Positions 48,803 to 62,479 of a DNA stretch of 64,000 bases are shown here, piece after piece. Each line of letters begins with the position of its first letter. Position 1 is the stretch's first letter. Both the position numbers and the translations under genes were made by a program. The notes under the pieces are model-generated. The model did not search any database and was not told where the DNA came from. It saw nothing but the letters and a program-made list of their open reading frames with translations. The DNA is from Octopus sinensis (Eukaryota), in contig NC_042999.1 in assembly GCF_006345805.1 (NCBI RefSeq), forward strand, positions 164,796,001-164,860,000, in the 5' to 3' direction.

Positions 48803-49690
48803 CATACATACATACATACATACATACAAACATACATACATACATACATACATACATACATACATACAAACATACATACATACGTACATACATATATACA
48901 TACACACACACATACATACATACATATATACATACAAATATACATACATACATACATACATACATACACACACACATTCATACATACATACAGACATACA
49001 TACATACATACATACATACATACATACATACACACATACATTCATACATACATACATACATACATACATACATACATACATACATACATACATACATACA
49101 AACATACATACGTACATACATACATACATACATACATACACACACACATACATACATACAAACATACATACATACGTACATACATATATACATACACACA
49201 CACATACATACATACATATATACATACAAATATACATACATACATACATACATACATACATACACACATACATTCATACATACATACATACATACATACA
49301 AACATACATACATATATACATAGATACATACACACACACATACATACATACATACATACAAACATACATACATACATACATACATACACACATACACATA
49401 CATACATACAAACATACATACATACATACATACATACATACATACATGCACACACACACACATACATACATACATACATACATATATACATACATACATA
49501 CATACATACATACATACATACACCACACATACATACATACATACAACATACATACATACATACATACATACATACATCCATACATACATACTCACACATA
49601 CATACATACATACATACATACATACATACATACATACATACAAACATACATACGTACATACATACACACAAACACACACACACACATACA
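48620..49690. repeat. About 1.05 kb (TACA)n microsatellite
   Basis: Visible directly; source of the MYVC pseudo-ORFs. Confidence 0.98.
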
Positions 49691-49719
49691 TATTATGGTC
49701 TCATAACCTTTTGGACTCA

Positions 49720-50225
49720 ACACCCCTCTCTTTCATATAAGTGCTCCCCACCTGCCATCTCCCTTGACTTTATTAATTTTGTCAATAGAAATATGTCAGC
49801 ATTTATAGCAACAAATACACTTGAAATTAATTAAACATTTTAGAGGATGTCTTAAGAGGCGGTTGGATGGAACCTACACTCGCCTCCTTATGAGAGCTCA
49901 AAATCTCTCGTGGAGGCGCCATCCAACTAAAATGCAAATATATGGGAAACTACCACCTGTGTCATCTCTTGTGAAAGGTAGGAGAGTCCAGTTTGCTGGA
50001 CATTGTTGTAGAGCTGAAAAAGAAGTAATTTCTACTCTTCTCCTCTGGAAGCCATCTACTCGCAACACCAGAGGGCGCACACTCTCCTACCCTGATGTAA
50101 TCTCCAGGGATACAGGCATCCAGCAACAGGACCTCCGTAATGCTATGATGGACCGTGAAGTCTGGCGCAACATGGTAAATTCCATTGTCTCGACCACGGT
50201 CGAACAATGATGAATGATGATGAAG
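49720..50225 (+). mobile_element. 5'-truncated RTE-like LINE 3' end with open frame and (TGA)n tail
   Basis: LDGTYTRLLMRAQNLSW..RRVQFAGHCCR..LLLWKP..RGR..DREVWRNMV (R..FAGH..R and DR..WR motifs), then tgatgaatgatgatga. Confidence 0.88.
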
Positions 50226-50939
50226 AGATACAACAGCTATAACGAAAATGACCGTGTCATAGTCCTCGCGGACTTGTCGCGGAAGATAGTGTGGGAGACG
50301 TACTGGAACAGCCACCCCGACTCTGCCTTCGAAATCCACGTGTTCTTTCTCTCTCCAGCTGCCGGTTAGTCATTAAAAAATTTTCTTTTTACCTTCTAGC
50401 GACCCACATGGTTTTCTCTTGACTATCCTTTCCTTCCGCTTTCTTCCTTTCTCTGGACTTTCTTCCACTATCCGACGAAGAGTTTTCCATCTAAAACTTT
50501 CACCAAGAGTCGAACTAATATATTCATTGTGTACATTCATTTGATTTGCATTGCTTTGCTTCTGCGCTTGAATTTGCAGTTTGTTACCCCGGGGGCATAA
50601 TAGGAGACACGAAGAGGGACTGAACCCGAAACCCTTTGGTTGGGAACCATGCTTCTTACAACACAGACATACCTGCACCTATTTATATATGCTGCATGTT
50701 TAGATTCTTCGTATTTCAATGTACCATCTGATGATGCGATCTATCAATATAATTGATTATAATTTATAATTATTCAATAATTTTGATTACCAGTCGTTGA
50801 AACGGTCGTAATGGAAACAAAATAAACTAAACACCAATTTGCTTCCGGTTGTTCTCTCATAACGCGCGCGCACACAGACACACACGCATATACACACATA
50901 CATGTATACACACATACGCAGACATATAGACAGACAGTT

Positions 50940-51075
<136 letters not shown>

Positions 51076-51309
51076 TATGTGTTATCTATGCATCCATATG
51101 TTCATGCATGAGTGTATGTATGTACGGTAATCTGTGACTATAAGTATTATTTAATATCACTTTTTTTTGAAAAACCTAATTTCTCAAAATTGGTTTTTAA
51201 AAAGTGTGTTACATATCCCAGCTCCCGAATAATTACAGGTATAAACCTGAACTTGTAATCCAGGTAGAGTAACTGAAAATTTTTCAATAGTTCAACGTAG
51301 GTATTTTTT

Positions 51310-53900
51310 TTTCGTTGATTTCTAGCTTTATGTTAACATCCGCTGGGCAGCTGATTTCCACCCTGTACACAGTTTCTCTTCTCTATCCCAAACCACTATG
51401 TCAGGTGTATTATGTTATTCAGGTTTTCGCTGGGACATTCCACCAGAACCCTTTTTATCATGAGTGGATATGGCTTCTACCATGCTGTGGGTTCTTATTT
51501 TTTTGGCCTCGGAGTTATCCTTCCGACGGATCTCATTACACACTGTACTAGCTTCAGCACCATGTCTCATCGGTAGACAATACCGTGAGGGCATTTTCGG
51601 ACAACTGCTTATGTTGCGGTTGCTATTTGTTTGTTTGTTTGTTTGTTTGTTGAGCGAAGCGGTCTTCGTCCCAGTGCTTGCAGTGGGAGAAGTCCGAAAC
51701 GTGGTCCTTTGCTATTCGTAAGACCCGCAGAAGAGAAAGCAGGTCAACCCCCGACACCGAGAGCATCGACGGATGGATGAATGCGCATCCAGGCTCAGCG
51801 GTTGCGTAGGAAGTCGGGGACAAGAAACAGGAAGAAAGAGTGAGAGAAAGTTGGGGCGAAAGAGTATAACAGGGGTCGCCACCACCCCCTGCCGGAGTAT
51901 CGTGGAGCTTTAGGTGCGGTTGCTATCTTCGGTGTTACCTCCACAAAGTCTGCATCAGTGATCACATTTTGATGCTTTTCCTGTGTCTCTGTCCCTTTTG
52001 TATACCAGGTATTTGGTTAATAGTTCCTGTTTCTGGATCGCAAACGCATATTCTTCAAAGTGGGAGGTAGTAATCCGGTTATTGGTCCATGATAAACTGT
52101 TTTGATGATCGATGTTACTATCATTACAGAGCTTTCTACTAACATATCCATGCATGGTCTTCTGCTGATATACGCCCATCCTTTCATCTGATGATACGTT
52201 GCAGTAGAGTTGTGCGAGTTCTTTGGACATGTATTTAAGGTTATCAGACAAGGAATGCTGCTCATGGAACTACTTTCCAAGTCTCATGACGTTATCAGCT
52301 ACATGAATGCAAACTTGGTCAAGATTGCACTTCGACACTTGGTGGTTAAAAGATGTTGCCGAAGGGATATGATACGACAGTCTAGATCGATTTTAAGCCA
52401 CTGCCCACTTATTTTCGTTTTAGACATAAGCGGTCTACGTGAATGTTGATATGAAAATTATGTGTGTTTGTTAGTATCTTCCGGATTTTCACATCAATGG
52501 CTCGGATCTCAATCAAGCATCCAATGAAGCAGCCCAAAATGTTGGTATGAGTACTGGCACTGCAAACGCATTGTGGGCCACTGTTTTATTGAAATGAGAA
52601 AGTTACAAGGTCCATATTTTCTTTATTCGGCCGTAATATTCTTTAGTGACACGTGTTTTGTTACAGGTGCCATTGTAAAATATGTTTTCATCCACTCCTA
52701 GATATCTGTAACATTCCTCATCAGATATAGGGGAAATAGTTAAGTCATTGATGGAGATGTTGATCGTCTGATTTATAGTTTTCTCTCTTGTCACAAAGAT
52801 ATAGCAACATTTTTCTTGCTCAAACTCCAACCTTATACCCTTTGAGAATGTTGTAACTAGGTCAAGGCTCTTTTTCATCTGATGCATATTCTAGGCATAC
52901 AGTTCAAGTCATCTACAAAGAAACAGTGTGTAATTTTGATATTTCTGTTTCCTTGTGAACCAGTGAGATACCCTCCAGATTTCCCTAACACGAATGGCAA
53001 AGGGTTTACAGAAAATATAAATAACATCACAGAGAGGTTGTGCCCCTGGAATATGCCTCTTCGATACTGTATTCTATCAGTGATGATACAATCACTCCTT
53101 GTGTTTAATTTCAAGATGGTATGTATGTATGTATGTATGTATGTATGTATGTATGTATGTATGTATGTATGTATGTATGTATGCATGTATGTATGTATGT
53201 ATGTATGTATGTATGTATGTATGTATGTATGTATGTATGGTGTGTGTGTGTATGTATGTATATACGTATGTATGTATGTATGTATGTATGTATGTATGTA
53301 TGTATGTATGTATGTATGTATATGTATACGGCTTCTATTTTTAATCATTTAAATTCTTCTTCTGAAGAAGGAGCTGCTTTCTAACTAAGATACAAAGCTC
53401 CATCTTTGGAATAACGAAAACAATGTCACATTTTAAACTTGAGAAAAATTTTGTATAGTTTTACTGTTCCGCTTACAGATTGTATTTGTGTAGATCAGCT
53501 GGATGATTTCTTCTCCTGAAAATCCAAACTAATCCAGGCTGACAGTTACTTCAAAACCAAGTGCTTCATTTCTAATTGGCATAAACTTAAATTTGTAATC
53601 TGGATAGAAAAGCTGGAGATTTCGAAGAAGCTGTCCATAGTTATCTTCTTTCTCTTTGATTTTCAAAGATATTCACATCAGCAAGACAACTGACCTCTGA
53701 GACAGTACATACTTTTTTTTTTGTCAATAACTATGTCCGGCTTGTTACTCTTACATTTGACGCATGTTTTGATGGGATTATTCTACCATCATTCAATGTG
53801 CTAATATTTGTATCCGTATTCAATTATAGAGGCATTCTCTACATTTATTCTAGGACAATCTTTTTTCCAGATGACATTGTATATTGTGACAATGTCATGT
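51310..53900 (-). mobile_element. Degraded R4/Dong- or NeSL-like non-LTR retrotransposon (RT plus restriction-like endonuclease)
   Basis: YRRGIFQGHNLSVMLF..FFVDDL and YRYLGV (RT); KGFWWNVP..VEISCPADVNIKLE (REL nuclease). Interrupted by (GTAT)n at 53120-53330 and another repeat at about 51600-51920. Confidence 0.82.
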
Positions 53901-53943
53901 CACATAGGGACATGATTTAGGTATGATTGTATGTATGTTTTCC

Positions 53944-54348
53944 TCTTTACTCTTTTACTTGTTTCAGTCATTTGACTGCGGCCTTGCTGGAGCACCACCT
54001 TTAGTCGAGCAAATCGACCCCGGGACTTATTCTTTGTAAGCCCAGTACTTATTCTATCGGTCTCTTTTGCCGAACCGCTAAGTGACGGGGACGTAAACAC
54101 ACCAGCATCGGTTGTCAAGGAATGCTAGAGGGACAAACACAGACACACAAACATATACACACACATACATACATACATATATATACGACAGGCTTCTTTC
54201 AGTTTCCGTCTACCAAATCCACTCACAAGGCTTTGGTCGGCCCGAGGCTATAGCCGAAGACACTTGTCCAAGATGCCACGCAGTGGGACTGAACCCGGAA
54301 CCATGTGGTTGGTTAGCAAGCTACTTACCACACAGCCACTCCTACGCC
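53944..54348 (-). mobile_element. Full-length SINE A
   Basis: Near-consensus copy with intact CpGs. Confidence 0.92.
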
Positions 54349-54962
54349 TATGTATGTATGTATTACAACAACGCCCTGTATGTATGTATTACAACAATGC
54401 CATGCATGCATGTATGTATGTATGTATGTATGTATGTATGTATGTATGTATTAGAACAATGCCAATTCTTGATTTCCGAAATCCTGTGTTCCCGTTGTTC
54501 GACGCTTTTTGAATCACATCGCTCCATTCATAATTTTCACCTTTTTAAAAAGAAAATCTTGTTGACGTTTTTGTGTTGCTAGACATTCTTACTTATTTAT
54601 AACTTTTTTTTCCAAAAGTTCACAAACATAAGATAGTGGAATCTCTTTTAATTGACAAATATTTAATCAATACTGAGGAGTTCTTTTAGAATTAAAGTTG
54701 TGTTTTAAAATACATTCAAATTTTTAAAAAAACATACAAATAAAATTTCAATTTGCAGAGTTTGTTACAAAATTAATTGAGAATTTAGCTCTGCATGGAA
54801 AGTGATTGTCATGCTGATAATGTTAAAATGTCTTTAAATGTTAGAAAATATATGAATGCCAATTTCGAATCACAAAAGTTTGCATGTATCGCTTTATTAA
54901 TCGATTATACTAAATCTTTATTCTATAAAAGAATTAATACTGTTTTTAATACTAAGTCAGTT

Positions 54963-55580
54963 AAGGTGGCAAACTGACAGAACCGTTAGCACGTCGGCGA
55001 AACGCTTAGCGGCATTTCCTCCATCTTTACATTCTGAGTTCAAATTCTGCCGAGGTCGACTTTGCCTTCCATCCTTTCGGGGTTCATAAAATAAGTACCA
55101 GTTGAATACTGGGGTCGATGTAATCGACTTAACACCTACCTCGAACTTGCTGACCTTGTGTCAAAATTTGAAATCAATAATAACGTCAGTTAAGGCGACG
55201 AGCCGTTAGCATCGTTAGCAGAATTTCGTCCGTCTTCACGTTGTGAGTTCAAATTTCGCTGAGATCGACTTTGCCTTTCATCCGTGCGTGGTCGATGAAA
55301 TAAGTACTAGTTGAATACTGGGATCGATGTAATCGACTTAGCACTTTCCTCGAAAATTTGAAATCAATAATAAAGTCAATTAAGGCTACGAGCTGTGAGC
55401 ATCGTTAGCGGAATTTCGTCCGTCTTCATGTTCTGAGTTCAAACTTCGCCGAGGCCGACTTTGCCTCTCATCCTTTCGGGGTCGATAAAATAATTAAATG
55501 TAATTGACTAGCTCGAGCTCGATAAAATGATTAATGTAATCGACTAGCTCCTCCCCTCAAATATCAGGCCTTGCGCCTGT
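54963..55580 (+). mobile_element. Three tandem SINE B copies (the last two share a head deletion)
   Basis: Units start at about 54963, 55192 and 55382, each preceded by gtca.ttaagg. Confidence 0.85.
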
Positions 55581-55679
55581 AATAGAAAGCAATAATAAAA
55601 TCAATTAACTCAGGACGCTAGAATTGTAAGTGTTGGCACAATAATGCACCAACTCCAGCATTTGATTCTCAGAAGAGGA

Positions 55680-56120
55680 GAAGTTGGTTAAAGCAGCCAA
55701 ACTCACCATCTTCGATTCATTTTTTTCCCCTTTGTTTTTTGTGCCCATCCTCACATTTGGTCATAAATGATGTGCAACAGCCAAAGAGTACTTTTGCAAA
55801 TACTAGCGGCCGGAAATATGGTTTCTCTGAAGGATCTCTAGGGTAACGTTACTCAATAGGGTGCATAGCTTGGAGATCAGAGAGTCTCTCCAGGTCGAGC
55901 CATTACTTAACCAACTTGTGGAGTCACAGCTCCTTTACTACGGACATGTGTTTAGAACGTCACAGGAAAAAATTGCAAAACAGATTCTTGAAGCCAAGCC
56001 AACCGGCAGGAAACCTCGATATTGACCAAAAACGGGATGGTTGGATAGGACCCCATGATAGGACTTTATGAGAATTAGTGGGAGGAGAAGATAGATTGAT
56101 TGATGGATTGATTAGTCAAA
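55680..56120 (+). mobile_element. RTE LINE 3' remnant
   Basis: LEIRESLQVEPLL..YYGHVFRTSQEKIAKQILEAKPTGRKPR. Confidence 0.75.
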
Positions 56121-56573
56121 TTATATAATAATATTTCGATTTACATAACTTTTGTCCTAATGTTTATATGAGAAGGCTGTCTCAGTTGTCTTGTACTGAA
56201 TTACAATAGGTAATATGTACTTTAACAAAAGAATTTCAAATGTAACATTTGGAGACTATAGATATTATACAATTAACATTCTTTAGTCTTTTGCTAATAA
56301 GCATTGTCATTAAATCAGTAAAAATAGGTAGTAAAATGCTAAAACTGCAGTTAGTGGCGTAAATCCTGAAAACAGAGCAAGTACTGTATATAAGTGGCCA
56401 TTTATATACGGACATGGCTTAATTGGTATTGCGTATTTACATGCATACCTACCTACCTGTTTACATGCATACGTACATACATACGTACATACATACGTAC
56501 ATACATACGTACATACATACATACATACATACATACATACATACACACACATATATTTTTTTAAATGTACATA

Positions 56574-56639
<66 letters not shown>

Positions 56640-56641
<2 letters not shown>

Positions 56642-58370
56642 CAGGCCTATTCCCTATTTTTTAGGAATGGTTAGCCACAACAAGACACACACGAGCCATT
56701 CCATTCATTTCCCAGCTCAAAGAGGCGAGCCCCGTTCTATGCTCGGGTCAAGGCATAGAACGTAACCCACAATATCAACTACTGGGCCCGACAGCATATG
56801 TTGGTTTCCCTAACCTCACCGCATCTTGCTGGTTCCGTACCACTTTGAGCAACATCAAATTCACCCATCCGTCAACAAACACTCTAAGCTTTCCTATCAT
56901 TTATAAACTCTCTTGCCCCTAACACACCAACATCTCTAATCACCAAAGCTACCCTTACACCATCCATTCACACAAACTGAAGTCTGCCCCTGGTTCTACT
57001 GCCTACCATTTCTGCCTTCACCACCCTCCTGACCATCCGCTTCTCAACCATCCTCTCCATATGGCCAAACCACCTCAACATTCGTCTATCCATTTTGGTT
57101 GTTAATTTTTCTCTCATTCCTGCTCGCCTTCGCACCTCCTCATTACTTATCCTGTCCATCCATGTCACACCAACCATAGCCCTCAGACAACTCAGCTCAA
57201 ACACATCTAATCGCTTCCTTTCCGCCTCTCTCACCCGCCTCCACTATCTCAGCACCATATAACATTGTTGGCACAATTACACCCTCGTACACACTTTTTT
57301 TCGCTTTCATACTCAACCTTTCAAAACTCCAAGTATCTTACTCCCTTCCCTCACTCTATATCCCACTTCCTTAGCCAACCATCCCACATCCGCCGTCACA
57401 TGTGATCCCAGATGCTTAAAAACACTCACCTCCTCTAACACCTCACCATTTATCCTCATATCCATCCTATCAGCCATTCTATCTCTCGAACATCTCATCA
57501 CCTTACACTTAGCTACATTCCCTTCCAGTTTCCTCCTCTCACACCCTCTTCCAACCTCTACCACCACTCTCCTCAGTTGCTCTTCCAAACCCATCACCAG
57601 TGCTGTATCATCAGCAAACAGCAACTGACTCACCAGCCATTTCTCTCCATTTTCTCCCACCATTTGGGCTCCTCTACCAAAGGTTCTAGTATTTACCTCT
57701 CTCACCACACCATCCATATATTTCAACATTAAAAAATACAAATAAACAAAATATGTACTATTATTGGTATTGCAACAAAAGCAGCCACGGAGACATCACA
57801 CAACCATGTCTTAATCCCACCTTCACATCCAACCACTCACTTACTTTACCACCCGCCCTAACACACGCCCTAGTTTCTCTATAAAAACTCTGAACAGCTC
57901 TCAATAATCTACCATCTACTCCATACAACCGCAGCGCTTGCCACATTGCATCCCTAACCACACGGTCATATGCCTTCTCTAGGTCCATAAAGGCCCAATA
58001 CACTTCCCTCCCTTTTGCCCAAAACTTCTCACACATCTGCCTTACTACAAATATTTTATCTGCAAACCCCCTTCCACTCCTAAAACCGCGCTGCTCCTCC
58101 CCTAGTACACTCTCTGTCTGGTCCCTCCCCCTTACAGTTAGAATTCTCCCATGCAGTTTATCAGCCACGCACACAACATACTTATACCCCTAAAATTTCC
58201 ACACTCACATTTATCCCCTTTCCCCTTGTACAGTGGTACTATTCAGGCTCTGCACTAGTCTTTTGGTACTCTTCCAGTCATATAACAAACATTCATAAAC
58301 CTCACTATCCATTCAATCACTGACACTCCTCCTTTCTTAAGGCATTCCCTTGTACACTCATCTATACCTG
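56640..58370 (-). mobile_element. RTE-clade LINE RT and 3' end, frameshifted
   Basis: ORF-track pieces: EEQRGFRSGRG..AFMDLEKAYDRV, GLRHGCVMSPWL, LLFADDTALV, FKHLGS, RMLRWFGHMERM. Confidence 0.93.
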
Positions 58371-59882
58371 GCATATACATATATATATATGCATGGCTGT
58401 ATGGTAAGAAGTTTGCTTCCAGCTATGTGGTGCCGGATTCAGCTTCACTGTTATGTTCCCAACAACTGTAGCTCCAAAGTGACGAAAGCTATATCTGGTA
58501 CACAGAAATTGTGTTGAAGCCCGTCGAATAAATATATAAATATCGAAAGAGGCAGTATTAATGCCGTGATGTAATACTTATCCCCACTAAATCTAGATGT
58601 TCTGTTAGAACAAACTATAATGCGGTAGATACCATGAGAGAAACTCTTGTATTGGCTTTTTCCAAATGCACTCTTATTTATATCGATAGCGAGGAGATAA
58701 AACCTCGCCCTTTCCAGCGCCGAGAACAACAGATCACATTCCAGGTCGAGAACAACGAAGAAAAGTTGTCGGTGGCCTATGCTCCATAGGAAGCAAAGAG
58801 CTTAACGTAGTCGTACCAGAGCAGAAAAATGTAGATATCTTCAATTTCACTCTGTAGTTAAGACTGCTCACTTCTAGATGTAAAGATTAAAGTAATTGAT
58901 AACAACCCAAAACACAGGAAAGGCGATTGGTATATAACAAGTATAATAGTATTCAGAGGTGCTGTGGTCTTCATCCCTACATTTTATACATAATTTAAAT
59001 CATTTTAAGAATCAGAAAAATTTACAATTTCAAAACACTATACACTGACAATTTTATCACTTCCAAGACAATCGTGGAGTGCTTTTGAGCAGAGCTAATA
59101 TCATTTTTAGAAATGATTTCACTTTAGTTTTGATAGTTTTGTTCCTGACAAAAGTAGTGAGTGGCAGAATCGTAGGATATCTCAACTCCTTATAGCAAAT
59201 AGTCGTACTATTTTTCATTGAGTTCGAATCCCACCCCGGTCAAATATAATCTTTCTCTCTCCTCATCAGAAATAAAGAAGAAACAATAAAGTACTATTTT
59301 ATGTATTCCACACACAACGTGTGATTTTGCGCCTATGTTACAATCCATTATTTATTTTTAATGCTGTTATTATCTTTTTACGTTATATATTAGTTACAAT
59401 CTAAGTAATTCTATTTTTCTATGCCAACAACTGTACACTTTTTTCACGTTACTCGAATATCACAGAAAGAATTTCTACTTTGGCAAGTACAGTGAAGCCT
59501 ATGGCTGGTTGACTAGATCAGAATAAAACCATAAGTTTTAAGCTGTTTACATACTGGAAAATGAAAATATGTGTTAGTGAGTATTTTTCTTTATCACCGT
59601 ATATTCATTACAAGGATGGATTGAATATGTTAAAAAAAGAGTCTCTGCCTAGGAATCATATACAAAAGTTACAAACACCCACCTCGTGAAATTAAAACAA
59701 GTGAAGCTTCAAAACGGAAAGAGAATATGTAAAACGGTCGACTCAGGGTGAAAAAAAGAAAAAAAAAAGAACGGACGTAATATTTTGAACGCTTGTTCCA
59801 ATGTTCAGCTAAACAACAACATCACGGTACTTGCAAATGTATATTTTGTTTATGTTAGTAGAATTTTTCAACAAGGTATTAC

Positions 59883-60071
59883 CTGTCTACATAGTACTGG
59901 ATACACTGAACTAGCAAACTGCTTGCATTCTGGTTGAATTAATACGTCTGCTTTTTGTGTTACCCCTTCAAAATCCCCACTAAACATTGTTTGCCAATCA
60001 TTCATATCCAGATATACAACCCACTCTGTTGTCTTTATTATTTTACCCAGTGATAAGATTTTGTGGGGAGT
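59883..60071 (-). other. Candidate coding exon of an unidentified gene (63 open codons ending at a donor)
   Basis: ..KTTEWVVYLDMNDWQTMFSGDFEGVTQKADVLIQPECKQFASSVYPVLCRQ|GTAATA in non-repetitive DNA. No convincing acceptor and no recognised homology. Confidence 0.3.
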
Positions 60072-62479
60072 TCACACAAGCAAAATAGTAAATTGGGTCC
60101 ACAGTAGTATTTTTATAAGTCCATGAAAAGATTTTGCTTTAGATGTATTTATTGCAAGAAACGACTAGGTTTCTTTCTCTGATGTTTTACATAGTTCAGC
60201 CTACGCAAGGAAATGTGTGATAAACAAAATGAGGCTTTTGAAAGGAGTATCTCTAAAGCTAGTTTTTAAACAATAACTGGCTCTGGGGTCCACCAGATTA
60301 AAATAGTAATCAAAAGGGCCCGTAGATAAAAAAAAGTTGAGAACCACTGGTTTAATTAAATGAAGCAAACCTATGATAAAAACTATTCCAGTCAGAAGCA
60401 TCCCATCTATTTCTTCAAGGAGCTTATTAAGGGTGTTTTGTTTTTCCTGAAAATAGCTGGTATAATTTGAGAGAGATTTGGCTGCTAGTCTTAGCATAAC
60501 GAATGACCACGTTGACGTTCTCTTCTCTTTTCAATAGACGTTGACCAAAAAAATTTAAACTGAACATCAGATGCATCCATCACACCAATTTTGGAAGGTC
60601 TTGATCAATTTCCCTTCTATGTAACTAATTGAAAAAGAGGACTAAAACATTTTTCTTTTATGTGAACAACTGCCGAACGTTCGAATCTTGGCTGGGATAG
60701 TCCTTCACCCTAATTATTCAGTCAACTGATATTCTTTCACAAACGAAACATGTGAAAATATTTTAAATTATACAATAAAACATTTCAATATGAAAAAACA
60801 TTTATTTACTGCTCAGAACTCAGGCTGTCAAATTAAACTGAATAATAAAAACTTATTTATTTATTTATCATGTTCATTAAATCATATCAATCAATTTATC
60901 ATGTTCATCAAACTAAAAAGTAGGGAATTAATTTTTATTTTTATGTGGAGAAGGGGCGGGTTTCAAAATTTTAAAACTCAGATGATTTGAGAAGGGTCAA
61001 AAATGCGTAAATAATATTTAAACAAATCGTTATAGTTCGACAATTCCTTGTTCGCTTGTTTCACTGCTTGAGATTTCCGATCATGTTGATTCAGAATACT
61101 ATTAGAGCTGGATATCAAATTTGCTACTTATAAATCATGGTTAAGAAGAAATTAAAAACAAAGAAATAGAAAAACACTCTTCTTCATTTCGGAGTTCATA
61201 TATCAAATACGTAAAAATTAATAACCGTTAGTTTTCAAATTAATGTCTTGAATGCAGTGTTTCATTGTTGTTCATTTTGACGTTAATTTCACCGAAATAT
61301 ACGAGATTTTTGTTTTTCTTTTGGTATTAGATTTTGATTTTATTAACATATTTTTACAGTAAGAAAAGAAAGAGAAAAACATTAAAAGTATAAAAAGATC
61401 AAATTATCGAGAGAAAAATACCATAACTACCTCATCAAAGAAACAAAGAGAAAGGAAATAAGTGGGGGGGGGGGGGTAAGCTGCAGAAGATGGATGGGGA
61501 GGGAGTAATTAGTCTGGAAATATTAAATTGGTATTAATTATTAGAAAATTTTTTAAAAGAGCCAAGGTTGTTAAATAGCATTTTTTTTTATCTGTCAGAC
61601 TTACCAGTGGCTAAAAACAAAAAAAGAGGAAAATATGCAATATAATCAAGATGTATTGATACACAAAGTTATTTGATTGCAGCATGATTTCCGTTCATAA
61701 CTTTCAGTTGGTCTTCATTGATTTGGTAATGTGATCGAATGTTAATACATGCCTACACGTTCACCGACGTCCTCAACAATGATTATTACAGCTAATTCGT
61801 CTTTGCTCGGGTGGCGTCCGATATAATCTGCAATAAGTTTAATGGATTATTTACCGCACACGTTTTAATAAAATATCATTACTTCTTCCAATCATTATGA
61901 TATTACCCTTTCTTGTTAAATAACAAATAGCTGACACTAAACACCAAACATATTTTAGATATGAAATTCCACTCAGAAAACTTCTTGCTATCCACTTACT
62001 TCAAAAATACAAATTATCCGTTTTTACGATATCAATAATTTATTTCTTACGTTTACATTTTTTGATTTCTGTACCTTTTATTGGTGGATCCAGAATTCTT
62101 TGCCGATGCATTCTAATGTTTACCGATGAAAAAATCTATACGATATAATCAAAGGTTATAATTGTTTTACAACGTATCCTACGGTTGCCAAGTCGTATCA
62201 TATCTTACTGTTTGTTGCAATACCAATAATAGTACATATTTTGTTTATTTGTATTTTTTAATGTTCATATATGCACTTTTTGCCACTGAATTCAAAAATC
62301 GCATTCATTTTGACGTAACACCGATAGTTATTTATTTATTCCTAATTTCATATTTGCTCGTTATATTTGTAACTTTTCTCTACAGCACTTTGTTGGTTCA
62401 ATCTATTCTAGTATTGTAAGGATAATAACACAACATTTAGTACTTTTTCATATAGCGAAAGGTATGTAGGAAGTATAAT

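Noticed and set aside
48646-49706. MYVC-repeat ORFs (also 23.9-24.2, 44.0-44.7, 45.6-45.9, 47.3-48.2 and 52.9-53.4 kb)
   Set aside because: (TACA)n/(GTAT)n microsatellite artefacts.
58451-58800. About 116-codon minus-strand open frame (LLAIDINKSAF)
   Set aside because: Only a faint resemblance to an RT motif; most likely a decayed retroelement. No splice or homology support.
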